From a phage, in sequence record OZ346151.1: a stretch of DNA of 64,000 nucleotides; one strand, written 5' to 3'. The notes under the pieces are model-generated. The model saw only the letters and a list, made by a program, of their open reading frames with translations, was not told the DNA's origin and did no database searches. Shown one piece after another: positions 10,136-18,947 of the stretch; the stretch's first letter is position 1; the number at the start of each line of letters is the position of its first letter. The position numbers were made by a program, and so were the translations under genes.

Positions 10136-10333
10136 ATGATTTATCGAATCCGTGTAAGAGAAGATGCACCAGGCTGTTACTTTGACTGGCGTGGGTGGTG
10201 GTTTCTCCACCCAATGGATGGACTCACAGATAGAATGCTGGATGCTGCCCTTTATACAGATACCGACATAGAATATAATCTCTATCTGAAGGACGGTATA
10301 GATAACGGCCTGTTTGAAGCAATTCCTGTGTAA
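10136..10333 (+). CDS. hypothetical protein
   Basis: SD AGGAGG before ATG. Confidence 0.45.
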   Translation: MIYRIRVREDAPGCYFDWRGWWFLHPMDGLTDRMLDAALYTDTDIEYNLYLKDGIDNGLFEAIPV

Positions 10334-10401
10334 GAGACTGTAATAGCTATGTTTTATGATCTTCCTGTAGCACCACCACCTGTTGAACCCGGAGAACTAA
10401 G

Positions 10402-10827
10402 ATGATCTATGAAATGCCAAAACTGATTCGTGACGATGCCCAAAACGCCCACACCTTTATCATGGGCAAGCGCATGGATATTATTTGTCATAAAGATTTC
10501 TGGGAAGGTAGTTACTTCACAGAATATTTTGGTAAACTGGATAATGGTCTGCTGATCCAGTTCTACACCGATGCGGAAAACAATATCTGCTGGGAGTTCG
10601 AAACTGAAGATATCCATAAACTTTTCACCTTCCTAGGTATTAAGGTTGAGGCCAAGTTTGAAGAAGGCGAGTGCGACGATTGTGGATTCTACGAGGTAAC
10701 AGATTTCTATCTCCCAAGTGGTGAGAACCTTTACTATGAAAGCCACTTCGGCAACTCAAATATGCCACAAGGTTGGGATGAGTTTTTTGAAATTGCGGAA
10801 GAGGAGCTGACATACCGTGATTATTGA
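10402..10827 (+). CDS. hypothetical protein
   Basis: SD GGAGAA before ATG. Confidence 0.5.
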   Translation: MIYEMPKLIRDDAQNAHTFIMGKRMDIICHKDFWEGSYFTEYFGKLDNGLLIQFYTDAENNICWEFETEDIHKLFTFLGIKVEAKFEEGECDDCGFYEVTDFYLPSGENLYYESHFGNSNMPQGWDEFFEIAEEELTYRDY

Positions 10828-11275
10828 TACTGTAGCGGGAGATTTAATCTCCCTTTTTAAGAGCGGTGCTGGTCACCTGATCCACGGTTGTAACTGCTTT
10901 CATACAATGGGTGCAGGCATAGCGAAAGATATTGCCCGTGAGTTCCCTCAAGCACTGGCAGCCGACAAAGAGACTGCCTATGGTAATCTGGACAAGCTGG
11001 GTATGTTTTCTTGTTGGGAGCATTTTGCCAAGAACAGGGTCGTATATGGAATCAACCTGTATACCCAGTTCTACCCAGGGCCCAATGCTGAATACTTCTC
11101 AATAATGAAAGGTTTTGAGCGAGTCAACGAGGTATTCAAAGGTGTGTCATTGCCGTTCTACATTCCTAAAATTGGATGCGGTATTGGCGGTCTAAAGTGG
11201 GAACATGTAGAAGATGTAATTAATCTTGCAACCACAGATATTGATGTGGTTGTAGTAGAGTACAAAAAGTGTTGA
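10817..11275 (+). CDS. macrodomain protein (TARG1/DarG-like ADP-ribose processing fold)
   Basis: GTG start with SD GAGGAG; motifs HGCNCFHTMGAGIAKDIA and IPKIGCGIGG match macrodomain signature. Confidence 0.6.
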   Translation: MIIDTVAGDLISLFKSGAGHLIHGCNCFHTMGAGIAKDIAREFPQALAADKETAYGNLDKLGMFSCWEHFAKNRVVYGINLYTQFYPGPNAEYFSIMKGFERVNEVFKGVSLPFYIPKIGCGIGGLKWEHVEDVINLATTDIDVVVVEYKKC

Positions 11276-11329
11276 CGACCATCTTCTGAGGTGATATAGT
11301 TTCCACAACAACTAAGAGAGGAGAGCACT

Positions 11330-11500
11330 GTGGAGACTAAAATCTTAATTCTTGCTGTGGTAGATACAACCGAAGGAGCTATATTCGAATCTGCAGGGAG
11401 GTATTTCTACCTACCATACGGAAAAAGAACTTCCGAGCCAAGTAAAGATTCAATCCTCAAGGTGTTCCCGTGTGCTTTCTGGCTGGAGATTTTGGTATAA
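11330..11500 (+). CDS. small hypothetical protein (GTG start)
   Basis: SD AGAGGAGAG before GTG; 56 codons. Confidence 0.3.
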   Translation: METKILILAVVDTTEGAIFESAGRYFYLPYGKRTSEPSKDSILKVFPCAFWLEILV

Positions 11501-11526
11501 GATTGCAGAGGATTTGGGAGAGAATT

Positions 11527-11721
11527 ATGAGAAACAAGAAAGAGCTTTACTCTGGTGAGTGGATCAACGATCAACAGGTGGGAGAGGTAACCTGCTTCCG
11601 ATGTTTTACCAGGTACAATCTTAAAACTGCACCAAAAAGTGTTCCAAAGACTGACGGTTATTACATAAAAGAACCTCATTGCCCAAAATGTAAATGCCGA
11701 TTATACTGGAGTAACCTGTAA
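11527..11721 (+). CDS. small zinc-ribbon protein
   Basis: SD GGGAGAG before ATG; CFRC...CPKCKC cysteine pairs. Confidence 0.5.
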   Translation: MRNKKELYSGEWINDQQVGEVTCFRCFTRYNLKTAPKSVPKTDGYYIKEPHCPKCKCRLYWSNL

Positions 11722-11725
11722 AAGA

Positions 11726-11753
11726 TTGACATCTGAAAACTGCAGTGTATAAT
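11726..11753 (+). promoter_or_regulatory. sigma70 consensus promoter
   Basis: TTGACA, 16-bp spacer, TATAAT. Confidence 0.55.
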
Positions 11754-11784
11754 ATATGCATAAACTAACAGAGAGTGATGTATT

Positions 11785-11976
11785 ATGGTAATTTTTAACC
11801 GGGATGGTATCATAGTTAGACAGCACCCGTTCCTTGAATACTATCAAATTGAGCAATGGTGCTACGGGGATTGCAGTCACTCCTATGGGCAAAGTTGGGG
11901 ATATCGTACAGTTTTTGAATCCACAGACCTTGACAAAGTAAAACAGAAAGTTTTAGAACTTCTTAACAACAAGTGA
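11785..11976 (+). CDS. hypothetical protein
   Basis: Follows promoter 11726-11753. Confidence 0.45.
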   Translation: MVIFNRDGIIVRQHPFLEYYQIEQWCYGDCSHSYGQSWGYRTVFESTDLDKVKQKVLELLNNK

Positions 11977-11986
11977 GTATCGTGCC

Positions 11987-12319
11987 ATGGTAACATTGGA
12001 AAGACGTAAAGCTATTGCCGCCACACTGGCAGACATCTTTTGGGATTGTAATTTAAAATCTACCCGAAATTGTGGTGCATCTGTAGATGTATTATTCCCA
12101 CGGCCTACTATTGTTGCAATGGGCAACCTGCTCGATGTGGTATATGGAGCATGGGACAAGGAAGGTGGATTCTATATCTGGCAACCTGACTACGGGACTT
12201 GGAAAGAGGTTAGTGGTTCTTCGGACTTCACTCCTGCAGTGGCTAAAATGGATGGCTGGAAAATCTATGTCGGTAACGACATGGAACTGAAAGGCGAAAT
12301 TGTTTACTGGTTACCTTAA
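11987..12319 (+). CDS. hypothetical protein
   Basis: Strand-consistent ORF. Confidence 0.5.
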   Translation: MVTLERRKAIAATLADIFWDCNLKSTRNCGASVDVLFPRPTIVAMGNLLDVVYGAWDKEGGFYIWQPDYGTWKEVSGSSDFTPAVAKMDGWKIYVGNDMELKGEIVYWLP

Positions 12320-12340
12320 GAAAGTCCAGGAGATAAAGTT

Positions 12341-12586
12341 ATGAACAAAGGGTGGACATTTGTAGACGGCGTTAAAAACATGCCTCTAGGAAAGTATATT
12401 GTAGCCATGGCAGATGAGAATGGCAAGGTTGATTTCGGAGTTTGCGAGGTTGTTCTTGCAGGATCTGGTGACTATGCTCACAAAACTGGGATAATTAACG
12501 GTCATTTCTACTTTGATTACAACCCTGTTGTGGCGTATATGGCTATGCCAGAGTTCGAGCTCCCAAAGGAAGGTGCAGATGTTTAA
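12341..12586 (+). CDS. hypothetical protein
   Basis: SD AGGAGA before ATG. Confidence 0.5.
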   Translation: MNKGWTFVDGVKNMPLGKYIVAMADENGKVDFGVCEVVLAGSGDYAHKTGIINGHFYFDYNPVVAYMAMPEFELPKEGADV

Positions 12587-12776
12587 GCTTAAATCTGCAT
12601 GGAACATCGCTGTGGGGGACGAGATCCGTATCCCAGGTGGAAAGACCATTATGAAAATATCTCGTATCGAGTACGAAGGTGATCGTGTATTTCATATCTT
12701 TGCAGAAGATGGTCGAGAGATTTATATACAGGTAGGATCTCACATCTATATTCGTAAGAAAGGGGAGGACAAATGA
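12579..12776 (+). CDS. hypothetical protein
   Basis: SD AAGGAAGGTG before ATG 12579. Confidence 0.45.
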   Translation: MFKLKSAWNIAVGDEIRIPGGKTIMKISRIEYEGDRVFHIFAEDGREIYIQVGSHIYIRKKGEDK

Positions 12777-13102
12777 CAGAGATCATCATTTCAACTGCAG
12801 GGTATGTATTCCTGACAATCATTGCACTGGCTATTTTGGTGACAGTGTATGGGTTTGTTATCCTTCCTATCCTTGAGACATTTAGTTTGTGTCGGTGTTG
12901 GAGAAAAGCTTACGGTCCACAACCATGGAAGGACTGGCCCCACCTGGTGCGCTTAGCGTTCTCTTATGCTTACGATCACTCCAGTAGTGCATGCATAACC
13001 GGATACCACGCCCACAACTGGAGCTGGGAAGGGTTGAGGAAATGGAATGTTACAAAGACCATACCTCTGCGCATGTACAAACCTAAAAACAAAGACAACT
13101 GA
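12773..13102 (+). CDS. hypothetical membrane protein
   Basis: SD GGGGAGGA; N-terminal hydrophobic helix. Confidence 0.5.
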   Translation: MTEIIISTAGYVFLTIIALAILVTVYGFVILPILETFSLCRCWRKAYGPQPWKDWPHLVRLAFSYAYDHSSSACITGYHAHNWSWEGLRKWNVTKTIPLRMYKPKNKDN

Positions 13103-14280
13103 TACTTGAAAATTCCTGGCATATCAAGTATAAGGGGGATTTCTAAAATGGATTTCCTCCTTTTGATATTTCACCGGGCTGGATATTTTAAAATTCTTAG
13201 AAAATCAGAAAATGGATCGAAAACTAAAATGGATTTTTCAGAGTAGGCGCGACAAGCTGAATAACTCATCCTATCGTTTGCACCATATTCCAGGCCACCA
13301 TTATAGATTTCCCACACATGCTAACCTCTCCCTACTAGAACTTCCTCCACTTACCCTTGACCTTCTATGGTAACAATCTAACCGCTATCTTGAAGTTGCG
13401 GTGCAGCTTTCCAGGTACTCGATCTACTTTTCATTTCAGGGCTTGGATTTTCTGAAAATTTTTCTCGATAAATTTCTCAGTACTCGATCTGTTTTTCGTT
13501 TTCTGAATCGGATTTTCTGGAAATCGTTCCGGCTCTCAACCTGAAATTTTTGGGGACGAAATCGATTTTTCGTTTTCAGAAATGGATTTTTAAAATTTCT
13601 ATATGGGAATATTTTAGTGGATACTGTTTTATAGGAAATTGTTACGGAGGGTAATTAGCATGCTAATTAAATTTATTAAATGCGAGGAGTTCTCATTTAG
13701 AATTTTGAATGATAATCATTCTCGTTTGCAGAATAACGGGCAGGCCCGGTGATTGTCTCCCGGCCCCTGTTGCCCCGGCTTGTTATTATAGTATCACACA
13801 GGACAAAGAAAGCAAGGACTTTTTGCATAAATTTTTAAATGATAATGATAACCGTTCTCATTTTATGCAGCGCCCATCCCCGGTGGTTGTCTCCCCCGTC
13901 ACCGGTGCCTGCCGTCCTTTCGATATGTATATTGTGCCACCTGGCGGGGCCGCTGTCAACACTTTTCAAAAAATTTTTCTAACCTGGTGCGCTAACCGTT
14001 GCAACCTGGCGGGGCCAGCCTGGCAGGACCTAACTGACCAGGTAGGGGAGAATGAAGGCTTGTAAACCTGGTGGGCCTATGCTACAGGATAGGTAACAAT
14101 TGAAGAGGAGGTACAAAAATGATATGATCCCCCTGGAAAATGTAGCTATTAATGACTCTGAGGCTATCGCCCTGGTTGAAAAGGCTATGGCGGGAGCGTT
14201 GGAACATAAAGAAGAGTACGAAAATGGTGGTTAACCTGGCGGGGGCGGCAGGTGGATTCTATCATAAAAATAATTTAAAA
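13103..14280. repeat. non-coding repeat-rich region (AATGGATTTT-type repeats, ~45-bp direct repeat, ACCTGGCGGGGCC repeats)
   Basis: No RBS-supported ORF; multiple short direct repeats seen by eye. Confidence 0.6.
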
Positions 14281-14286
14281 TAGTAG

Positions 14287-14315
14287 TTGACAACAAGGTT
14301 AATCATGGTATTATT
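14287..14315 (+). promoter_or_regulatory. sigma70-like promoter
   Basis: TTGACA, 17-bp spacer, ATTATT. Confidence 0.5.
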
Positions 14316-14364
14316 ACCCTACAAGGTGAACAACACCGCACTAACCAGTAAAGAGGATAAATTT

Positions 14365-14562
14365 ATGAACGCATACGGGATCAAAGTACGTCGCAACACT
14401 CGCCAGGTGGTCACCAATCAAGTGATTTGCCGGGTGGATGTAACCATCAACAACGGGCAAGGCCTTTATAAATTTCGTCGCGGTCATAGCTATACCCTGC
14501 AACAGCTTAATCGTTGCGCCCTGACAAAAGGTCAGATCAACCACTGGTTTAATAAAAAATAA
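14365..14562 (+). CDS. hypothetical small protein
   Basis: SD AAGAGGAT before ATG 14365. Confidence 0.5.
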   Translation: MNAYGIKVRRNTRQVVTNQVICRVDVTINNGQGLYKFRRGHSYTLQQLNRCALTKGQINHWFNKK

Positions 14563-14565
14563 GTA

Positions 14566-14594
14566 TTGACATACAGTCAGACACCAAATACACT
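14566..14594 (+). promoter_or_regulatory. sigma70-like promoter
   Basis: TTGACA, 17-bp spacer, TACACT. Confidence 0.5.
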
Positions 14595-14626
14595 AAAAGC
14601 ACAAAAGACACTAAGAGGATAAAATC

Positions 14627-14812
14627 ATGAAAACCACTACCTTTAATTTTGATAATGCAGACTTTTCTTTTTCTGATGTCAAGAACTGCCGCCGTGATCG
14701 TGGATTTTACAAGGCTTATAATCTGGTGGGCCTGGACGATGACAATAATTTGCACGAAGTAGCTGAGATCCAGCTTGACAGATTGGACGGGAAAGTACTA
14801 AAAACTTATTGA
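14627..14812 (+). CDS. hypothetical small protein
   Basis: SD AAGAGGAT before ATG. Confidence 0.5.
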   Translation: MKTTTFNFDNADFSFSDVKNCRRDRGFYKAYNLVGLDDDNNLHEVAEIQLDRLDGKVLKTY

Positions 14813-14813
14813 G

Positions 14814-14859
14814 TTTATTTTTAGATGGCCTTGACACCAGGGCCATCAATAAAGTAAAC
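14814..14859 (+). promoter_or_regulatory. 45-bp repeated promoter/operator element, copy 1
   Basis: TTATTTTTAGATGGCCTTGACACCAGGGCCATCAATAAAGTAAAC; dyad GATGGCC/GGCCATC flanking an embedded TTGACA. Confidence 0.55.
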
Positions 14860-14892
14860 TAACCACAGTTGAGCGGAAAAGGAGGCTTAAAG

Positions 14893-15012
14893 ATGAGCAC
14901 TACACGCCAGCACACAAAGGTAACCATCATCGTTTGCATCATTGGGTACATCCTGGCGCAAATGTTGATGGGTAGCGCCAACGGTGTCGCAAAATTTTTC
15001 TTAAACTTTTAA
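14893..15012 (+). CDS. small hydrophobic peptide (39 aa)
   Basis: SD AAAGGAGG before ATG; predicted single TM segment IIVCIIGYILAQMLMG. Confidence 0.45.
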   Translation: MSTTRQHTKVTIIVCIIGYILAQMLMGSANGVAKFFLNF

Positions 15013-15040
15013 TTGACAAGCTAACTTAAATCGATATAAT
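15013..15040 (+). promoter_or_regulatory. sigma70 consensus promoter
   Basis: TTGACA, 16-bp spacer, TATAAT; leader hairpin GGGAAAACTTCCC follows. Confidence 0.6.
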
Positions 15041-15091
15041 AAGCACATAAACGGGAAAACTTCCCAGAACACACAAAAGGAGAAAAACACC

Positions 15092-15433
15092 ATGACTACT
15101 ATGACCGCCTCAGAAAAAGCTATGCAGATCGCTGAACTGAAAAAACAGATCGCAGACCTTGAGAATAAGATCGATAACTTTGAAATCGACGAGGACAAGT
15201 ACGACGAAAACTATGATGAATGGTTAGACGAGATCTACGGCGAAATTATGATCGGAAACATTTCTTTTCTTCCGTCGCGTATCCTCAAGGAGCTAGATCC
15301 TATCGCTTACCGCTGCGGATTTAGCGACTACATCGACAGCCTGGATATTGAGGACGATGAAGAATACCAGGAATTACAGACAGAGTTAGAAGAAGCAAAA
15401 GAAGAGCTTGCGGAGCTGGAAGAAAACGAGTAA
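15092..15433 (+). CDS. hypothetical acidic protein
   Basis: SD AAAGGAG; strongly acidic, predicted helical. Confidence 0.55.
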   Translation: MTTMTASEKAMQIAELKKQIADLENKIDNFEIDEDKYDENYDEWLDEIYGEIMIGNISFLPSRILKELDPIAYRCGFSDYIDSLDIEDDEEYQELQTELEEAKEELAELEENE

Positions 15434-15480
15434 GCTTATTTTTAGATGGCCTTGACACCAGGGCCATCAATAAAGTAAAC
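15434..15480 (+). promoter_or_regulatory. 45-bp repeated promoter/operator element, copy 2
   Basis: Identical to copy 1. Confidence 0.55.
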
Positions 15481-15522
15481 TTTATACTGTTAACACTGAA
15501 CTAATGCATAGGAGTTAAAACC

Positions 15523-15768
15523 ATGGCAGCACTAATCACCAAATATTATGCCCCTACCAACACCAAAAGCGCCCGTATCATGGTAAAAGGCTTCGGACGT
15601 AAAAAGGTGTACACCTGGGATTATGCCTTAGACACGGAAGACAACTACACCAACGCAATGACCGATTTTATTAATGAACTAAATAAGCAGATCTTGACAA
15701 GTTATAAAGTGACCGATATTGCTTATATAGGTGAAGGCGGGATCTGTTTTGTAGGCATTGTGAAATAG
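15523..15768 (+). CDS. hypothetical protein
   Basis: SD AGGAG before ATG. Confidence 0.5.
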   Translation: MAALITKYYAPTNTKSARIMVKGFGRKKVYTWDYALDTEDNYTNAMTDFINELNKQILTSYKVTDIAYIGEGGICFVGIVK

Positions 15769-15769
15769 T

Positions 15770-15815
15770 TATTTTTTCGGTGGTCCTGGTTGCAGGGCCA
15801 TCTATAAAGATAATT
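15770..15815 (+). promoter_or_regulatory. diverged copy of repeated promoter/operator element
   Basis: TTATTTTTTCGGTGGTCCTGGTTGCAGGGCCATCTATAAAGATAA resembles the 45-bp element. Confidence 0.35.
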
Positions 15816-15842
15816 TATTAACACCATGAAAGGAGAAAGTAC

Positions 15843-16196
15843 ATGATCAGCGGGGCAAGTTTTATTATTGGCGCTATTGCTACGGCTTTAATTGTAAATA
15901 AGATCCAGGATAAAAAGGAAAGAGGAAGTACCGCCCTTGCAGAATATCCATTTTGGGCATTCAACGATAACGAAGATTATATTATAAAGTATAAAAATAA
16001 AGAAGGTGACCAAGTAACACCGCGACCGATCCCGGCTTACAAAATGCAGGAAACACTATACCGCCTGGAGGCGGGTGGCGCAAAAATTGTAGACTTTTGG
16101 GGATACGACCACACAGATCAGGAAGTTATAAAGCGCCGTATCCGGGCTATTCAGGCCAATATTGAAGTTAGCAAGGGGGGAATATATGAAAATTAA
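15843..16196 (+). CDS. hypothetical protein with N-terminal TM helix
   Basis: SD AAAGGAGAAAG before ATG. Confidence 0.5.
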   Translation: MISGASFIIGAIATALIVNKIQDKKERGSTALAEYPFWAFNDNEDYIIKYKNKEGDQVTPRPIPAYKMQETLYRLEAGGAKIVDFWGYDHTDQEVIKRRIRAIQANIEVSKGGIYEN

Positions 16197-16383
16197 TTTC
16201 GAGAAAATTGTAAAGCGCCCTCATGATTCCGAAGAGCTGCCAGAACGCCGCCAGCGTAACAATAAACTGAATAAGCCAAAAAGGTTTGGGAAGATCTGGC
16301 GTAATCATTATGATCGTAAATTGCCCGGCCTACTTTTGGAACGTGAACGACAGGCAGAACGATACCGCCATAAAGACAAATAA
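16186..16383 (+). CDS. hypothetical highly basic small protein
   Basis: SD AAGGGGGG before ATG 16186; K/R-rich. Confidence 0.4.
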   Translation: MKINFEKIVKRPHDSEELPERRQRNNKLNKPKRFGKIWRNHYDRKLPGLLLERERQAERYRHKDK

Positions 16384-16391
16384 CAACCAAC

Positions 16392-16420
16392 GCCCCGCCA
16401 TTGTGCGGGGCTTTTTATTT
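16392..16420 (+). terminator. rho-independent terminator
   Basis: GCCCCGC-CATTGT-GCGGGGC then TTTTTATTT. Confidence 0.65.
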
Positions 16421-16540
16421 CTATCCTACGAATAGCGCCCCTGGTTGGCCCTGTAAGCGCCAAAAAGGCCCCCACCTATGCAATCGCCCCTTTAACCTGA
16501 AAACATCGCCCAGGGCCGTTTCATGGCGTTAAAAATATCA

Positions 16541-16568
16541 TTGACATCGTCAACAGGTTAGCTATACT
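16541..16568 (+). promoter_or_regulatory. sigma70-like promoter
   Basis: TTGACA, 16-bp spacer, TATACT. Confidence 0.55.
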
Positions 16569-16600
16569 AACCACATCAAAGAGAGAAAGGAGTAAACGCC

Positions 16601-16861
16601 ATGCGTAAATTAAAAAATTTTGATAAAGTTGATGTTATCCTGAATAATTTTTACTACTGCAACAACAAGGCTATTTGGTGGCGTGATAGTTCCACCGATA
16701 AAGTCAGGGCGCGCTTTCTTCAGGGGCACTGGCAAGGCCGCCCAGTGATTAAAATCATGGGGCAATCGGTAGCGTTTAAAAATTGCCGCCGTGTTGATGA
16801 CGTTGAGGAGATTTTAAACATTTTGCGCCACAATAATTTAAAAAATAGTGTTGACAAGTAA
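16601..16861 (+). CDS. hypothetical protein
   Basis: SD AAAGGAG before ATG. Confidence 0.5.
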   Translation: MRKLKNFDKVDVILNNFYYCNNKAIWWRDSSTDKVRARFLQGHWQGRPVIKIMGQSVAFKNCRRVDDVEEILNILRHNNLKNSVDK

Positions 16862-16878
16862 GCCTCAATAAGTATACT
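16851..16878 (+). promoter_or_regulatory. sigma70-like promoter
   Basis: TTGACA, 16-bp spacer, TATACT; leader hairpin GGCGGGAAAACTTCCCGCC (16888-16906). Confidence 0.55.
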
Positions 16879-16935
16879 TAAACACACAGGCGGGAAAACT
16901 TCCCGCCACTAACAAAGAAAATAGGAGAAAATATC

Positions 16936-17559
16936 ATGACCACCGTTAACATTACCGCAGGTTACAATTTATCTTTCGACGTGCTGACCGACGAACAAAA
17001 AGAAAAAGCCGTTGAAATGGTCCGCGAAAGAGAAGAACACAGCGGGGATAACTTTTTTGCAGAAAGTGTAATTGAATACTATAAAGAATATGTTTTTCCA
17101 GAGTATGGCCTTGAAGATACCGAAGTACATTGGTCAGGCTTTTGGTGCCAGGGTGACGGCGCGTCAATCAGTGCTGAAAACGTGGATTTAGAAAAATTTT
17201 TACGTAAAGTAAAGGCCCTGACCAAGTTCCGATCAATTCGTCACTTGTTCGGCACAATGCACGATGGCGAGTTATCAGCCAGTGTTGAACGCGACAAGTA
17301 CAGCCATTACAGCCATGAAAACACTGTAAGCGGGTACATTGATACCACTTGGCTAGATCTGACCGCCAAACAAGAAAACAAAGTGGAAGACCTGGAAGAA
17401 CTGATCACCGAGACGGTACGGGAGCTATCCCGCAAGGTTTACGTAGACCTGGAGGAGGCCTATCTAGAACAGTTCACCGCAGAAAACCTGATCGGCCTTA
17501 TCGAGGCCAATGATTGGCGGTTTGATGTCGATGAATATGGTGAGATGACTTTTTCATAA
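16936..17559 (+). CDS. hypothetical protein
   Basis: SD AGGAGAA before ATG; 207 aa. Confidence 0.55.
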   Translation: MTTVNITAGYNLSFDVLTDEQKEKAVEMVREREEHSGDNFFAESVIEYYKEYVFPEYGLEDTEVHWSGFWCQGDGASISAENVDLEKFLRKVKALTKFRSIRHLFGTMHDGELSASVERDKYSHYSHENTVSGYIDTTWLDLTAKQENKVEDLEELITETVRELSRKVYVDLEEAYLEQFTAENLIGLIEANDWRFDVDEYGEMTFS

Positions 17560-17567
17560 ATAAAGTG

Positions 17568-17595
17568 TTGCAATAACCTAAAAACCTGCTATATT
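17568..17595 (+). promoter_or_regulatory. sigma70-like promoter
   Basis: TTGCAA, 16-bp spacer, TATATT; leader hairpin 17605-17624. Confidence 0.5.
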
Positions 17596-17649
17596 AAAAC
17601 TCAAGGGGGCAAGACGTTTGCCCCAACACAAAACAAAGAGGATAACATC

Positions 17650-18030
17650 ATGAAAAACACTACCAAGGCTATTGACACCGTTATGTTTAACCTGGTTACA
17701 TTCCGTGAAGATATGAAAGATCTTCCTCGTGAAACAGTGTGCGACCATATCGAAAACTATCGCAAACTAATCAAAGAGTTGCCTTTAAAACGTGATCAAT
17801 ATGCGGCTAACGCCATGCTTAATGCCATGATCAAAAAGATGATCCAGTGTGATTTAACCCTGGCCTATGATTATGCAGGCGGTCGTTTTGCAGTATACAA
17901 TCAGCCCGTGCCCGGTATGAGCACCACCGAAGAATTGCACGCGCTCAATCTAAAACAAGACGTGTGGGATAGTATGCCTCGCGTGGTGGTATGGGTAGAA
18001 AGCGGAAAGATTTACGGCGATAATTTTTAA
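17650..18030 (+). CDS. hypothetical protein
   Basis: SD AAGAGGA before ATG. Confidence 0.55.
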   Translation: MKNTTKAIDTVMFNLVTFREDMKDLPRETVCDHIENYRKLIKELPLKRDQYAANAMLNAMIKKMIQCDLTLAYDYAGGRFAVYNQPVPGMSTTEELHALNLKQDVWDSMPRVVVWVESGKIYGDNF

Positions 18031-18039
18031 TCAGGTAGC

Positions 18040-18066
18040 AGGCGGCATATTTGCCGCCTTATTGTT
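18040..18066 (+). terminator. putative rho-independent terminator
   Basis: AGGCGGCATATTTGCCGCCT then TATTGTT. Confidence 0.5.
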
Positions 18067-18094
18067 AATCAGAACTGTAAAAGAGGTACATAGA

Positions 18095-18466
18095 ATGGAA
18101 TTTATTATTTTGGCTGTATTGGTTGCCTTGTTTAACGCCTGGATCGCTGGCAAGATGGGAAGATCCGCCTTTTTATGGTTTATTATATCTATTTTCCTGG
18201 GGGTGGTTGCAACTATTGTATTGGTTATCCTTGCAATTGTTGACAAGGGGAATAATAGAAAGGGTAAAGTATTTTCAGACCTGTACGACGCTCAAACGTT
18301 TGTCAACGCCTATTATAGTGATCTTCCAGTCTCCCTACGTTGCAGCCTTGCACAACAGGTTTTCGATGAAGCTAAAACCAGAGATCACGCCCATGAGATT
18401 TGTTTAACTGAGGCGGATCGCCTATTTGAGAGGAATAGAAAATATGTGGACCAGCCGTTTAAATAA
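18095..18466 (+). CDS. hypothetical membrane protein
   Basis: SD AAGAGG before ATG 18095; two predicted N-terminal TM helices. Confidence 0.5.
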   Translation: MEFIILAVLVALFNAWIAGKMGRSAFLWFIISIFLGVVATIVLVILAIVDKGNNRKGKVFSDLYDAQTFVNAYYSDLPVSLRCSLAQQVFDEAKTRDHAHEICLTEADRLFERNRKYVDQPFK

Positions 18467-18576
18467 TGCCACGTTAATTAACCCCTTTAGTAAAGATTTG
18501 AAGCCAGCCGCCTGGCGGGATGGATTCAATAACGAACGCTTTATTTTCAGGCCTGATCTTGAGGAATTTTATAACA

Positions 18577-18804
18577 ATGGATCGAACAACAGCGGAGATA
18601 ATTTTTCTTGTGGTGTGTGTCGTGATAGGACTCCTGGGGGCCATTGTAGATCGCGTCACTACTACCAGAAGGAAAGGGGAGACGATGACAACCAAGGATA
18701 AGCCCCGCACCGATAAGGTGCGCCGTGTTATGGTATGGCTTGAGATCATCGCCCTTGAAATATTGTTAGGCGTAGGGATGTATTTTATCTCTGTAAGTAA
18801 CTGA
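18577..18804 (+). CDS. hypothetical small membrane protein (alternative: 18444-18701 in another frame)
   Basis: Hydrophobic segments; ends just before terminator; frame choice uncertain. Confidence 0.35.
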   Translation: MDRTTAEIIFLVVCVVIGLLGAIVDRVTTTRRKGETMTTKDKPRTDKVRRVMVWLEIIALEILLGVGMYFISVSN

Positions 18805-18808
18805 TAAC

Positions 18809-18840
18809 GGCCCCCGATCCCTGGGGGGCCTAACTTTTTT
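18809..18840 (+). terminator. rho-independent terminator
   Basis: GGCCCCC-GATCCCT-GGGGGCC then TAACTTTTTT. Confidence 0.6.
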
Positions 18841-18863
18841 CAAAAAATTTTTCTTCCGGGGTG

Positions 18864-18891
18864 TTGCAATCCGGTCCTGAATATGGATAAT
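18864..18891 (+). promoter_or_regulatory. sigma70-like promoter
   Basis: TTGCAA, 16-bp spacer, GATAAT; leader hairpin GGGGAAACATCCCC. Confidence 0.5.
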
Positions 18892-18947
18892 AACAATCAA
18901 CGGGGAAACATCCCCACCAACACAAAAACCAGAAAGGAGAAACAAAA

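Noticed and set aside
13709-14065. 118-aa plus-strand ORF in the repeat region
   Set aside because: No SD, lies entirely within direct repeats, Pro/Gly/Cys-rich translation typical of translated GC-rich repeats.
13103-14280. CRISPR array as an explanation for the short repeats (also considered for 20950-22980)
   Set aside because: Repeats are not uniform in length or spacing, lack a regular repeat-spacer pattern, and no cas genes are present.
16162-16196. ORF-track start at 16162 for the basic protein, and similar upstream-extended starts (e.g. 6609, 11470, 14287, 18062, 20088, 60670, 61040)
   Set aside because: The upstream extensions overlap promoters or preceding genes and lack an SD; internal ATGs with good SD spacing were preferred.
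18426-18701. ORF 18426-18701 as the gene following 18095-18466
   Set aside because: Low-complexity translation; the overlapping frame 18577-18804 encodes plausible TM helices and ends at a terminator. The choice remains uncertain.
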